A stretch of 48,299 bases of DNA from a virus (IMGVR_UViG_3300033485_000024:1-48299), one strand, 5' to 3'; numbered from the stretch's first letter, positions 8,136 to 18,136 are shown. Made by a program: numbers and translations. The notes: generated by a model not told the origin, from the letters alone.

Positions 8136-8432
8136 ATGTCTGACAACGGCAAGCGCCTCGATGAGGTCATCCCACTGTTTTTTTCCGAGCTGGACAATCA
8201 ACTCGGCGAAATCCAGGAAAGTATTACCGCCTTTCGGCGGGCGGTGGACGACCTGCGCGAAACTCAACGGCTTGGCCTAAAAAACCTGGGGGATATGCTG
8301 CGTGAGCAGGTGAACGCCAACGCGCAAAAAATCACTTTGACGCAGTCCGAGCTCAACTCCCTTAAATTGGTAGTTGCCCAACACCTGGAAGAGCACCGGC
8401 TCAACAACCCGCAAGGATGGCGACATTTATGA
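8136..8432 (+). CDS. Coiled-coil hypothetical protein
   Basis: Heptad-rich ORF. Confidence 0.55.
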   Translation: MSDNGKRLDEVIPLFFSELDNQLGEIQESITAFRRAVDDLRETQRLGLKNLGDMLREQVNANAQKITLTQSELNSLKLVVAQHLEEHRLNNPQGWRHL

Positions 8433-8692
8433 TCTGGAAGTTCACTACCTTCATCGGCGCGGGATATCTCGGCTCGCGCCTTCTGTACCACCGCACGCAT
8501 AACGGCGCGACGCCGGCGCAACTGCCGGAAAGCGTCGGCCTAGTAGCCGGCGGCCTGTTGGTAATGGCGGCGTTTGCCGCGTTATGCACCGCCCCGGACA
8601 GGGACGCTGCATTGCTGGCGCTGGCGGCGGCGTTTGCGGCGGTAGGGATCGGCGTGGGGGTCAACCGCGTCAGAATGGCGGCAATGGCGTGA
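8417..8692 (+). CDS. Small membrane protein
   Basis: Three hydrophobic segments. Confidence 0.55.
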   Translation: MATFMIWKFTTFIGAGYLGSRLLYHRTHNGATPAQLPESVGLVAGGLLVMAAFAALCTAPDRDAALLALAAAFAAVGIGVGVNRVRMAAMA

Positions 8693-8761
8693 TGCGCGTT
8701 TGTCGCCGGTGCTTTACGCTCACCGTTGCCGGTCGTTGCCCGCGCTGTATGGAGAACTGGA

Positions 8762-8929
8762 ATGAAACACAAGACCGACAAGGGGAAGCTGCTTTCCGGG
8801 GAATGTCACAATCACGGATCGTGCGACTGGTGCAACCGCGCGCGGCAAATCCAACAAGTGCGCACCGACGTTTACTGGCGCGCCTGGCAGCGCATCATCG
8901 GCCTGCGCCTGCGCTTTCGGCGACGATGA
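8762..8929 (+). CDS. Small CHNHGSCDWC-motif protein
   Basis: GGAG RBS before MKHKTDK; Cys/His motif. Confidence 0.5.
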   Translation: MKHKTDKGKLLSGECHNHGSCDWCNRARQIQQVRTDVYWRAWQRIIGLRLRFRRR

Positions 8930-9012
8930 AGCGCGTGGGGTATATAGTGGCGTTTCTGGCCTACTGCGCGTGCGTGGTGAGTTGGGGAAGGAAGCTGCTA
9001 TGGTGAAATTTT

Positions 9013-9085
9013 GGCGCGCTGTGGTAGGTGACACAGGCACACGAGGGGGGTGTGGCAGATGCGGGTTCGACTCCCGGTAAGGGTG
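9013..9085 (+). pseudogene. Degenerate tRNA-like sequence
   Basis: D-like hairpin, 5-bp stem with 7-nt loop (CACAC-GAGGGGG-GTGTG), CGGG-TTCGACT-CCCG T-arm; acceptor stem does not pair. Confidence 0.35.
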
Positions 9086-9395
9086 GAGGGCGCAAGCTAC
9101 CGTCTATGCTGTTCAAATCGGCACGCCAAAATAATATAGAGATTTTAATATTTTTAACGTGGTTTGTTTCAATGTCGGCAGTGTTTTCCATTGGGTATGT
9201 TGGGAATGTGGAGTTCTCATACTCGCTAAAGGTTATACTGTTGATATCAGTCCCGTTTGTAATGGTACTTGTTAAGCTGCTATGGTAAGTAATGATACTA
9301 TGGCGTGGGACGAACGATCTTGTAGTACACGCCCATCAAAAAACGAGGGGTTCATAATAATCATAAATCCGTGGGAAACTCAGGAGATAGAAAAT

Positions 9396-9599
9396 ATGTC
9401 AAACACAATTACGAGGTATTTTGAATTTGCACACTTACCCAAGAAATTGCAAAGATTTAGCGCGCCAATTAAAACTCTCGCCGAGTTTATGGAAGACAAG
9501 CTGCCGGACGGCCCAGAGAAAAGCGCCGGTATGCGCAAACTACTTGAGGCGAAAGACTGTTTCGTGCGCGCGGCGCTGGATTTGCCTGACCCTGAATAA
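9396..9599 (+). CDS. Small helical-hairpin protein resembling Acb2/Tad1-like nucleotide sponges
   Basis: YFEFAHLP...LPDGPEKSAGMRKLLEAKDCFVRA; family link recalled, not searched. Confidence 0.5.
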   Translation: MSNTITRYFEFAHLPKKLQRFSAPIKTLAEFMEDKLPDGPEKSAGMRKLLEAKDCFVRAALDLPDPE

Positions 9600-9680
9600 A
9601 ACGGCTATGGTAAATTTTTTACGGCATATCTTGCGCGCAGCAATGGCGTGGTTCGTCAAGCGGATTAAGGTAGGGACGCA

Positions 9681-10463
9681 ATGATGGAAGTCAAGCTATT
9701 AGCCATTCAACCCGGCGACGTGGACAAGTCCTGGCTGGTCGAATATGCCGCCCGCGCCTGTCACGCCTCAGCATTGGGCGACCCAGAACTCCGCTTCAAG
9801 TTCCTGGGTCACTTGGCCGCGCAAGGCCATTTGTCGGTCTTTGAGCACGCCCGCTTCCTGCGCTTGACGCCGGTGTTCGATGTATGCGGCGTGGATGAAG
9901 AGCGCGAGGCGGCCTATGGCGGATACCTGCACAGCTACAACGCGCGGCATTTAATCGAGCGCAATCCCGCCGCTGACCTGCGCAGCCTGTTTTACGGCGC
10001 GCCGCAAGTGGAGTACCACGCCCTGACGCCCGCGCAACGGCTGCGGCACGCCTGCGCGACCTTTGAGATTTCCGGGGTGAGCCGCGTCGAGACCCATCAG
10101 CAAGTGCGGCACAGAACGGCGTCCTACTCGCAAGAGTCCGAGCGGCACGTTATGCCCGATCTTGACCTGGCGATTATGCCGCCCGCCATTGCGGAATGCG
10201 AGGCGGCTAGGTACATTTTCCGCGATACCATCGCCGTGATTCAGGACGCCGTAGCGCAACTGTTGCACTTGGGCATCCACCTGGAGGACGTGCGCTACAT
10301 CTACCCCCATGCCGCGCCGACGCGCTTTGTGGTGACGGCGCGCTTCTATCGGTGGGCGCACTTTTTGGAGCTACGCACGGCTGAGGGGGCGCAATGGGAG
10401 ATACGCGCGGTCGCGGAGGCCGTGCGGGATATTTTACACGCGACGGATGGGGAGGTATTTTGA
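9681..10463 (+). CDS. thyX: Flavin-dependent thymidylate synthase
   Basis: HLSVFEH, SR..THQQVRHRTASYSQESER (RHRX7S motif), FLELR..AQWEIR. Confidence 0.93.
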   Translation: MMEVKLLAIQPGDVDKSWLVEYAARACHASALGDPELRFKFLGHLAAQGHLSVFEHARFLRLTPVFDVCGVDEEREAAYGGYLHSYNARHLIERNPAADLRSLFYGAPQVEYHALTPAQRLRHACATFEISGVSRVETHQQVRHRTASYSQESERHVMPDLDLAIMPPAIAECEAARYIFRDTIAVIQDAVAQLLHLGIHLEDVRYIYPHAAPTRFVVTARFYRWAHFLELRTAEGAQWEIRAVAEAVRDILHATDGEVF

Positions 10464-10864
10464 TGGAATATTACATAGTATATTATCAGGACTACGAAGA
10501 AATCGAGTTCCTGCGCGTGTTTGACTCCAAAGCGAAAGCCGATGATTTTGCGGCACGGTATTCGGCACATTTCAAGGATCGCCCGGCGACCGTCGAAAGC
10601 GCCAACGATTCTCCTGAGTTCGATCCTGGCTTTCACCACTGGCGCGTAACGGCCCTGAAAAGTGGTGATATCCGCGCGGAGGATATGGGATATCGAACCA
10701 GTGATTTATCTGTACCTGGGTATACCGAGAAATACACTGCTAGAAATGTGGTCGGCGGTCCGACCACATTGCTCGGCTATCGCATGACCGTCATTGCCGA
10801 TACCGAAGCCGAAGCGCTGAAAAATGCGTCACATAAACTTTTAGCGGATTTGCAGAGGCTTTGA
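10463..10864 (+). CDS. Hypothetical protein
   Basis: GGAGG RBS before MEYYIVY. Confidence 0.55.
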   Translation: MEYYIVYYQDYEEIEFLRVFDSKAKADDFAARYSAHFKDRPATVESANDSPEFDPGFHHWRVTALKSGDIRAEDMGYRTSDLSVPGYTEKYTARNVVGGPTTLLGYRMTVIADTEAEALKNASHKLLADLQRL

Positions 10865-11032
10865 TGGAAAATAGGAAATTTGGGATTTACGCAGATTTCT
10901 TAAAAGACCATAAATATATTGGGCCAAAAATAGCCCTAGATGCGTTTGGGACAAAAATGATTTGTTTTGGTTTTTGGTTTTTTCACATATATGTTGACAC
11001 TGGGGATCGCTATGAATCAGGGGGGGGCTTTG

Positions 11033-11278
11033 ATGGGTTACGTACCAGCGCCGCCGCCACGCAATAGGGGCGGATTACTTCAATTCCCAAACTTGCCATA
11101 CGATTTTGAGCGCGGCAAAGAAACCATTGTGCCGCACGTATGCCCGCAATGCCGCGCGCCGTTATCCAATGGCGAGCGGTGTGATTATTGCGGGACGCCG
11201 TTTGAGATTACGGTTGAATATAGAATCCCAAATCACACTACTTCAAACTTTACAGAATGGGGGATATTCCAACGATGA
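11033..11278 (+). CDS. Zinc-ribbon protein
   Basis: CPQCRAPL..RCDYCGT. Confidence 0.55.
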   Translation: MGYVPAPPPRNRGGLLQFPNLPYDFERGKETIVPHVCPQCRAPLSNGERCDYCGTPFEITVEYRIPNHTTSNFTEWGIFQR

Positions 11279-11568
11279 TCCCCGCTGCCATTCTGGAAGC
11301 CGAAGCGCACCTCCTCCCCATTGGAGCGCACGCTGGCCAGCCGCTCAGCGCGTTGGACGACGCGACGTTGGCGCAAGTCGTGACGTACTACCGCCCGCGC
11401 AACTTTCTGGAATGGCGCGCGGCTTACCTGACGGCCTGCGCGCGGGTGTTGCGGGCGTTCGCGCTGTTTGACGCCAGCCGCCAGACCGTTGCCGACATTG
11501 CCGCGCAGGGAGGGGAGATCGGTAAGGCCGCGCGGTGGTATCTTGAAAACTTCGGAAAGGAGCTGTAA
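11257..11568 (+). CDS. Hypothetical protein
   Basis: Coupled ORF. Confidence 0.5.
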   Translation: MGDIPTMIPAAILEAEAHLLPIGAHAGQPLSALDDATLAQVVTYYRPRNFLEWRAAYLTACARVLRAFALFDASRQTVADIAAQGGEIGKAARWYLENFGKEL

Positions 11569-11753
11569 TGAGCGAACCGCTCGAAACCTTCGTTTTGCTC
11601 CGCTGTCTCATTCCCGGCAAGCATTACCCGGACTACAACAGCGCCGCCGGCCCGCACTATTGCGGCGCTGGCGACATTATCCACGTTGCGCCGGATGACG
11701 CGGCGGGGTTGATTGCTGAGGGATGGTGTGAGGAATATGAAACGCAAACCTAA
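11568..11753 (+). CDS. Hypothetical protein
   Basis: AAGGAG RBS, TAATG coupling. Confidence 0.55.
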   Translation: MSEPLETFVLLRCLIPGKHYPDYNSAAGPHYCGAGDIIHVAPDDAAGLIAEGWCEEYETQT

Positions 11754-13065
11754 CAATCCGCGCAAAATCAGCAAGCGGGAATATGACCGCCTCGCCGCCG
11801 ACCTTGACAGGTTCGGCGACCTGGGCGGGATTGTCCACAACGAGACTACCGACAACCTGGTAGGCGGGAATCAACGTTCCTCAGTATTCGACATCCTGGG
11901 CGCAAACCCGCAGATCGTCATTGCCGAAACCTATGACCCGCCGACCCGCACCGGCACAACGGCGCGGGGTTACGTTCTTCACAACGGCGAAAAGTATGAC
12001 TACCGGCGCGTCCGTTGGGACGTGGCGATTGAGGATGAAGCTTGCATCGCCGCTAACAAAGACGGCGGCGGGTGGGATTGGGAGACCTTCTCCGGGTGGG
12101 ATGATGAAATGTTGAAGGCGCGGGGGTTTGACGCCGACACCCTCGCCGGCTGGAATGATGACGCGGCGAATCTGCGCGAAATGTTGGCGGCGCGGGAAGC
12201 GGAGGCCGCGCCGGTGGATGCTGACGTTTCGGTAGATCGCGCTGAGGAACTACAAGCGAAGTGGGGCGTCGTGACGGGCGACGTGTGGGAAATCCCGTCA
12301 AAGACGGCGCGGGGCGTGCATCGCGTGGTATGCGGCGATTGCACGGACGCGGCGGTCGTGGGGGCGGTGATGGGAGGAGAGAAGGCGGATATGGTCTTCA
12401 CAGACCCGCCGTATAATGTAGCAAGCGAAAGCCGCAACTATGCGGCAGATAGGTCAAAGGCGATGGCTGATTTAAGGGATGCGGAGTGGGATCGCGACTT
12501 TGATATCACAACGCTATTTCCGGTTTTGGAACAGGTGATGGCAAAGGATTGCGCAGTTTACGTATGTACAAGCCAGTGGCTTGTACATACCATTTGGGAA
12601 TGGATGTGGAAATGGTCGGCTTATTGCAGTTATAACGTCTGGTGCAAACCAAACCCGATGCCGTCATTGTCAAAGAGACACTGGACATGGGCGACAGAGT
12701 TAATAGCGTATGCTGTGAGAGGGAAGCACATCTCTAATTTTCCGGCAGATGGTCACGCTTTGAACTGGTGGGATATTCCTAAACACAAAGAGACCGAACA
12801 TCCAACAGAAAAGCCGATAGAAGTTCCGGAGCGAGCGATCTTGTTTTCCAGTAAACCAAACCAGGTTGTTTTTGATGGCTTCCTCGGCAGCGGCACAACC
12901 CTGGTCGCCTGCGAGCGGCAAGGCCGCCTGGGGCGCGGCATCGAGATCGCGCCAGAATACGTCGCCGTGACGTTGCAACGCCTGAGCGATATGGGATTGC
13001 AGCCGGTAAAAGTGGCGACTGCAAACAGTCAAAAAACAGTCTATGAGCAACAACCCGATTCCTAA
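11737..13065 (+). CDS. ParB-like N-terminal domain fused to an N4/N6 DNA methyltransferase
   Basis: NNPRKI...LVGGNQR ParB-like start; VFTDPPY, HPTEKP and DGFLGSGTT motifs; directly upstream of the terminase. Confidence 0.9.
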   Translation: MKRKPNNPRKISKREYDRLAADLDRFGDLGGIVHNETTDNLVGGNQRSSVFDILGANPQIVIAETYDPPTRTGTTARGYVLHNGEKYDYRRVRWDVAIEDEACIAANKDGGGWDWETFSGWDDEMLKARGFDADTLAGWNDDAANLREMLAAREAEAAPVDADVSVDRAEELQAKWGVVTGDVWEIPSKTARGVHRVVCGDCTDAAVVGAVMGGEKADMVFTDPPYNVASESRNYAADRSKAMADLRDAEWDRDFDITTLFPVLEQVMAKDCAVYVCTSQWLVHTIWEWMWKWSAYCSYNVWCKPNPMPSLSKRHWTWATELIAYAVRGKHISNFPADGHALNWWDIPKHKETEHPTEKPIEVPERAILFSSKPNQVVFDGFLGSGTTLVACERQGRLGRGIEIAPEYVAVTLQRLSDMGLQPVKVATANSQKTVYEQQPDS

Positions 13066-13381
13066 CTCTAAGCCCTTCACTAAAGGCGATCCACGGATAA
13101 ACAGAAAGGGAAGGCCGAAGTCGTTTGACGCCCTGCGTGCCCTGGCGCAACAAATTGCGCAGGAAACCGCGACCGACAAGGACGGCAACCCGGCGGAAAT
13201 CAACGGGCACGTCGTCACGAATGTTGAGATCGTCCTGCGCGCAATGATGAAGGACAAGCGCACGGCACAACAGTTCATTGAGATCGCGTTTGGCAAAGTG
13301 CCGCAACAAGTGGACGTGAAAGGCGACGCCGCCATTACCCTCAAGGTAGTCTATGACCGCAACGAACCCGCCAGCGAATGA
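13043..13381 (+). CDS. Terminase small subunit (putative)
   Basis: PFTKGDPRINRKGRPK motif, AFGKVPQ; precedes the large subunit. Confidence 0.75.
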   Translation: MSNNPIPNSKPFTKGDPRINRKGRPKSFDALRALAQQIAQETATDKDGNPAEINGHVVTNVEIVLRAMMKDKRTAQQFIEIAFGKVPQQVDVKGDAAITLKVVYDRNEPASE

Positions 13382-14684
13382 AATCCTAGTCCACCAACGC
13401 CCGCCACACGCCAAGCAGCGGGCGTTCATAGACTCGCCCGCCAAGCGCAAAATCATCCGCGCCGGGCGCAGGTCAGGCAAGACGACGGGCATTGCGATCT
13501 ATGCGGTGGACAAGTTCCTGGCCGGGCGGCGCGTCTTATATGCGACGCCCACCGCCGAACAAATCACGCGCTTTTGGTTTGAGGTCTGCGAGGCGCTGGC
13601 CGACCCGGTTTCACAGAAGGTCTTTTACAAAAACGAGACGGAGCACGTCATAATGCTCCCCCATACCGAGCAACGTCTCCGGGCTAAAACCGCTTGGAAC
13701 GCCGACACCCTGCGCGGCGATTATGCCGATGTGCTGATTCTTGACGAATTCCAATTGATGAATGAGGATGCCTGGGTAGTCGTGGGCGTCCCGATGCTCT
13801 TGGACAACAATGGGGACGCCGTGTTCATCTACACGCCGCCGAGCCTGCGGAGTGCCAGCGTGAGCAAGGCGCACGACCCCCGGTATGCGGCGAAACTGTA
13901 CCAACGCGCCACGCAGGACACGACCGGGCGGTGGGCGGCCTTTCATTTCACGAGCCACGACAACCCCTACATTTCTAAAGACGCGCTCAACGACATCGTG
14001 GGGGAAATGACACAGACGGCCTACCGACAAGAAATTCTAGCTGAGGACGTGGAGGACGCGCCGGGGGCGTTATGGAAGCGCGCCTGGCTGGACTCAGGGA
14101 GGGTGCTAAAACTGCCCGATGACATTATTAGAAAAGTAGTGGCGATGGACCCGGCGACCACCAGTGGAAGCCGTTCTGACGATTGCGGCATAATTGCAGC
14201 CTCAGCCAGCAAGATCGGCAACAAAAAGCACCTATACATTACCGATGATGCTACAATGCACGGAACTCCCGACCAGCAAGCGCGGGCAGCCATTACGCTA
14301 TACTATCAGAGCGACGCTGATGTGTTGGTGGTCGAGGACAACAATGGCGGTGAATGGTTGGAAACAGTAATTAAAAACATAGATTCTGGCGTGCGTATAA
14401 AAAGAATATCAGCCAGTCGGGGCAAGGCCGTGCGCGCCGAACCGATTAGCGCCGTCTACGAACAAGGGCGCGGGCATCACGTCGGGATGTTCCCGCGCCT
14501 GGAAGACGAGCTTTGCCAATGGGAGCCCGGTCATGCCAGCCCTAATCGCTTGGACGCGCTGGTATGGGCGGCGACGGAGTTGCTGCGCGGCGGCAGTGGA
14601 TCGGCGGGGGCTGCGCCAGTACAGCCAGATAATTCGGCCTATAGAATTCAACGGGAGGGAAGATGGCAACGAGCAAGACGCTAG
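13353..14684 (+). CDS. terL: Terminase large subunit
   Basis: AGRRSGKT Walker A, LRG..LILDE Walker B, nuclease DPA..DD, VEDNNGG, SPNRLDALVWA. Confidence 0.95.
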   Translation: MTATNPPANEILVHQRPPHAKQRAFIDSPAKRKIIRAGRRSGKTTGIAIYAVDKFLAGRRVLYATPTAEQITRFWFEVCEALADPVSQKVFYKNETEHVIMLPHTEQRLRAKTAWNADTLRGDYADVLILDEFQLMNEDAWVVVGVPMLLDNNGDAVFIYTPPSLRSASVSKAHDPRYAAKLYQRATQDTTGRWAAFHFTSHDNPYISKDALNDIVGEMTQTAYRQEILAEDVEDAPGALWKRAWLDSGRVLKLPDDIIRKVVAMDPATTSGSRSDDCGIIAASASKIGNKKHLYITDDATMHGTPDQQARAAITLYYQSDADVLVVEDNNGGEWLETVIKNIDSGVRIKRISASRGKAVRAEPISAVYEQGRGHHVGMFPRLEDELCQWEPGHASPNRLDALVWAATELLRGGSGSAGAAPVQPDNSAYRIQREGRWQRARR

Positions 14685-16270
14685 GACAACGAGTATTAGG
14701 GGCTTTGGGGATAGCGGCGCGCAGGGATATGGAGGAAGTATGGGAACAGGCAGAGCAGTCCCGCCGCGAGGTTGAGCAATCCCGCCGCGAAGTCGAGGAG
14801 GCGAACGCCCGCGCCAAGCGCGCCTATGAGGCGGGCTACAACGACGCCAACGACGACCCGGCGGATGCCGCCCTCGGCTTGGCAAAGGGCGGCTTTGGAT
14901 ACAAGCGCGGCGCAGGCGGCGGGCGCGAGGGCGGCGTGAGCTTTGCTGACAATCTGCAAACCGGGTGGGATTTATGGCAATCCAATGGCGTCATCCAGCG
15001 CGATGCAAAAATCACGCGGGATTATGCCGTCGGCGGGCAAATCACCATTCAAGCCCCTGACCCGGCGCTGGAAGAAATCCTCACGGCGTTCTGGAAAACC
15101 AACGCACTAGATCGCCACGTTGGGGAATTCGCTTTGCAACTCGGCGTGTTGGGTACGCAATGTTTCCCGGCGTTTGTCCGCAAAACCGACGGGCGGGTAT
15201 TGTTAGGCTATCTCGATCCCATCGAAATCGAGCAAGTCGTTCCCGACCCGGACAACGGCCTGAATATGGCGGCAGTGGTCTGCAAAGAGCGGGTACAGAC
15301 GCAACCCTGGGAGATGCCGGAAAACTCAAAGCGGGTTTACCGGGTCTTGCGCCCGGATGTGGATACGGGTAAAATCGAGACTGCCGCGCAAGCCAAGCGC
15401 GCGCCGTGGGAAGCCGAGCTACTGAAAAACTACGGCCTGAAAAAATATACCGGCGACTGCTTCTTTGTGAAAACCAACGCCTTCTGCAATCAACCCACCG
15501 GCTACAGCGACGCTATCGCCGCCGCAGATATGTCCGACCAATGGGATCAAACCTCATTCGCCATCGGGGAGCGGGAACTGTTTGCCGATTATTTCAGTTT
15601 TGACGTGACGATGAACAATGCCGACTCTCAGGCGATTTCCGACCGCGCGCAACAACTTGGCAAGAATCCACCCAAGCGCGGCAGTGTATTGGTGCACAAC
15701 GATGAAGAATCCTGGCAGATGTTTGCGCCCGACCTCAAACAGCCCGCCAGTATCGCCACGCTACAGGAGCAGCGCCGGATTATCATCGGCACGCTCGGCA
15801 AGCCGGAGGCGTGGTTTGGGAACGCGACGGGGGCCAGCCTCAGCACCATTCAGGCGCAGGGCGACCCCACCTGGCGCGGCCTGGCTTATCGGCAAGGCGA
15901 GATCAAGAATATGCTGATGGACTTCCTGACTTTCGCCCGCGACCAGGCCATCATCGCGGGGTACTACCTGCCTGTGCCTGACGCGGATACGAGCTTCGAT
16001 CTCGTTATGCCCGAAATGACGGCCACGGATTTGACCGCCGTTTCCGGGGCGCTGGCTAATATCACTTCCGCCCTGGCGCTGGAAGTGGATCGCGGTTGGC
16101 TGACCGATGAACAGGCGCAGCAAGTGATTCTGAAGTTTATGGCCGAATTCGGGATGAAGTTGACCGCCGCGCCGATACCCACGGAAGCCCCGGCAACCGA
16201 AACGGCGGCGCGCTGGCAGGACTTTTTTAACACGCAGGCGGTGGTCACGGATGGAGGAGAGAATGTTTGA
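14663..16270 (+). CDS. Portal protein
   Basis: 535 aa directly after terL; LGYLDPIEI and GKPEAWFG portal-like segments. Confidence 0.8.
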   Translation: MATSKTLGQRVLGALGIAARRDMEEVWEQAEQSRREVEQSRREVEEANARAKRAYEAGYNDANDDPADAALGLAKGGFGYKRGAGGGREGGVSFADNLQTGWDLWQSNGVIQRDAKITRDYAVGGQITIQAPDPALEEILTAFWKTNALDRHVGEFALQLGVLGTQCFPAFVRKTDGRVLLGYLDPIEIEQVVPDPDNGLNMAAVVCKERVQTQPWEMPENSKRVYRVLRPDVDTGKIETAAQAKRAPWEAELLKNYGLKKYTGDCFFVKTNAFCNQPTGYSDAIAAADMSDQWDQTSFAIGERELFADYFSFDVTMNNADSQAISDRAQQLGKNPPKRGSVLVHNDEESWQMFAPDLKQPASIATLQEQRRIIIGTLGKPEAWFGNATGASLSTIQAQGDPTWRGLAYRQGEIKNMLMDFLTFARDQAIIAGYYLPVPDADTSFDLVMPEMTATDLTAVSGALANITSALALEVDRGWLTDEQAQQVILKFMAEFGMKLTAAPIPTEAPATETAARWQDFFNTQAVVTDGGENV

Positions 16271-16631
16271 ACTGACGCCGCAAATGCTGGATGCGCCTTC
16301 AATTCAAGAGGGCGGCTATTTTCAAAAACTACCCAACATTGAAACGGGTGGGGAAACCGTGCGCCAGGCCATTGCCAGATATACCCAATGCGGTTATGAA
16401 GTGATAGCGAGCGAGGCTTCTTTGCAGTATGCCGACATTCTGAGAGGCTCATTCGATATTCATACCGAGTACAAACTACGCTTCTTTGTGATTATGAAGC
16501 ACAAGGATTCTACCAGTATGGAGGCCATCAAGGGCGGCGCAATCGCTGAGGGATATGCGCCACTTATGGCATATTTCGGCATTGACGCCGACCGCGCCGC
16601 CGATTTGATCGGGAGTGCTACGAGGGTTTAA
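16263..16631 (+). CDS. Hypothetical (moron-like) protein
   Basis: GGAGGAG RBS; AT-richer insert within the head operon. Confidence 0.5.
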   Translation: MFELTPQMLDAPSIQEGGYFQKLPNIETGGETVRQAIARYTQCGYEVIASEASLQYADILRGSFDIHTEYKLRFFVIMKHKDSTSMEAIKGGAIAEGYAPLMAYFGIDADRAADLIGSATRV

Positions 16632-16649
16632 TGCAACTCAGGAGCGAAT

Positions 16650-16919
16650 ATGGATGCCTGGATTTCTGTGGATGAAAGTTTGCCCAATTGGTATGTACCC
16701 GTGCTATGCTTGCACGACGGGGACGACCGCACCAATCCATTCCCCGACAAAATGACGATCTGCGCGCGGCACGATATGCGTATCTTTGATTATAATCACG
16801 GATTCAATTGCGCTCCACTGGTTTTTTATTGGCTGCCACTTCCAGATGTTCCCAAGAATTTTCTAGGTAGATTGCGGGACTATCACGCATCCGGTGAATT
16901 TGTAACGAGCGAGGAATAG
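16650..16919 (+). CDS. DUF551-like protein
   Basis: WISVDESLP ... YWLPLP. Confidence 0.7.
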   Translation: MDAWISVDESLPNWYVPVLCLHDGDDRTNPFPDKMTICARHDMRIFDYNHGFNCAPLVFYWLPLPDVPKNFLGRLRDYHASGEFVTSEE

Positions 16920-16923
16920 CGCA

Positions 16924-17232
16924 ATGAAGTACACAAAAGCCGTGTTTGAATTGATGAAAAGACAAATTGGGTCTGAGGAGAACGCCGTTGGAGGTCTGGT
17001 TAAATTGCATTCCTTCCTGAGTGAAGGGGTTGGAGGTCTGGTTAAATTTCACTCCGATGACTACAATGTTATCCTGATATTCGATGATGGGAGGTTCGTA
17101 AACTACAGGGCTTATTACAACGTCGGTGTTGTGATTGAGTTTGATGACACCTTCCCCGATCTATATGTGCTGATGCGCGCTGGTTTGATTTCTAGTGATG
17201 AAGTAGAAAAGGCGTTATATGCCCACGCCTAA
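16924..17232 (+). CDS. Hypothetical protein with an internal VGGLVK duplication
   Basis: GAGG RBS; 20-nt direct repeat at 16987 and 17029. Confidence 0.55.
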   Translation: MKYTKAVFELMKRQIGSEENAVGGLVKLHSFLSEGVGGLVKFHSDDYNVILIFDDGRFVNYRAYYNVGVVIEFDDTFPDLYVLMRAGLISSDEVEKALYAHA

Positions 17233-18136
17233 ACAGGATTACGTCGCCACTCTCAACGCCATCGCCGCCCGGTACGGCACAATGGAAGACGCCACGATCC
17301 GCGCCATCCTGACCGAGCTTGACGAAACCCGCCGCCAGGTAAACGCGAGCCTCGCCGACATCAACACGGCCTACGGCGCACTGGCGGCGCGCCAACAACT
17401 GGCAAACATTGAAGTCCTGATAACGGAACTCGAAGCCCGAATGACGGCGACCGCGCAAGACTCCACGAAAAAAGCCTATGTCGCCGGGGGTGAATCTGCC
17501 GTCTTGCCCTTGCAAAAAATAGGCTTTCAAAGCGTGTTCTTTTCGCCCAATATCGCGCAACTGAACACCCTGGTAGACTTCACGCCGGCCCTCATCAAAG
17601 GCATTACCGAACCCCTGCGCGCTGTCGTCGCCCGGCAGGTGTCGCAAGTCGCCCTGGGGCAGGCGACGCCCTTTCAGGCGATGCAAGCCGTCACCGCCGC
17701 TTTTGGCAAGTCGGAGGTCAGGCAGGGCAAAATGGTGGCGAGTGGCGTGAGCGCCAAAGCCGAGATGGATATGCGGACGGAATTGCAACGCGTGTATAAT
17801 TTGAGCAACTATGCGCAACAGCAAGACCTCGCCAGAACCTTGACAGGCTTGCTCAAGACGTGGATCGCTAATGGCGACCGGCGCACGCGGAAAAGTCACT
17901 TGAGGGCGCATCTGGAGTACCATACCAACCCCATCCCGGTAGGAAGTATGTTCAAACTTTACACACAAGGGAAAGGCACATCCGAACTACGCTATCCAGT
18001 TGACCCACTTGGGGCTATTTGGGAAACGGCTGGTTGCCGCTGTCGTATGGCGACCGTCATCAAAGAAATCGGGCCTATCGGCTCATCACTGGATGGGCGG
18101 ATACAAGCCGAAGTAAACCGGAGGGAGAAGAAATGA
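17219..18136 (+). CDS. Minor head morphogenesis protein (Mu gpF/SPP1 gp7-like)
   Basis: RTE, KTWIANGDRRTRKSH, YPVDP...GCRC. Confidence 0.85.
   Translation: MPTPKQDYVATLNAIAARYGTMEDATIRAILTELDETRRQVNASLADINTAYGALAARQQLANIEVLITELEARMTATAQDSTKKAYVAGGESAVLPLQKIGFQSVFFSPNIAQLNTLVDFTPALIKGITEPLRAVVARQVSQVALGQATPFQAMQAVTAAFGKSEVRQGKMVASGVSAKAEMDMRTELQRVYNLSNYAQQQDLARTLTGLLKTWIANGDRRTRKSHLRAHLEYHTNPIPVGSMFKLYTQGKGTSELRYPVDPLGAIWETAGCRCRMATVIKEIGPIGSSLDGRIQAEVNRREKK

Noticed and set aside
14753-14797. 21-bp tandem duplication in the portal N-terminus (EQSRREV x2)
   Set aside because: Small in-frame coiled-coil duplication with no further signal.
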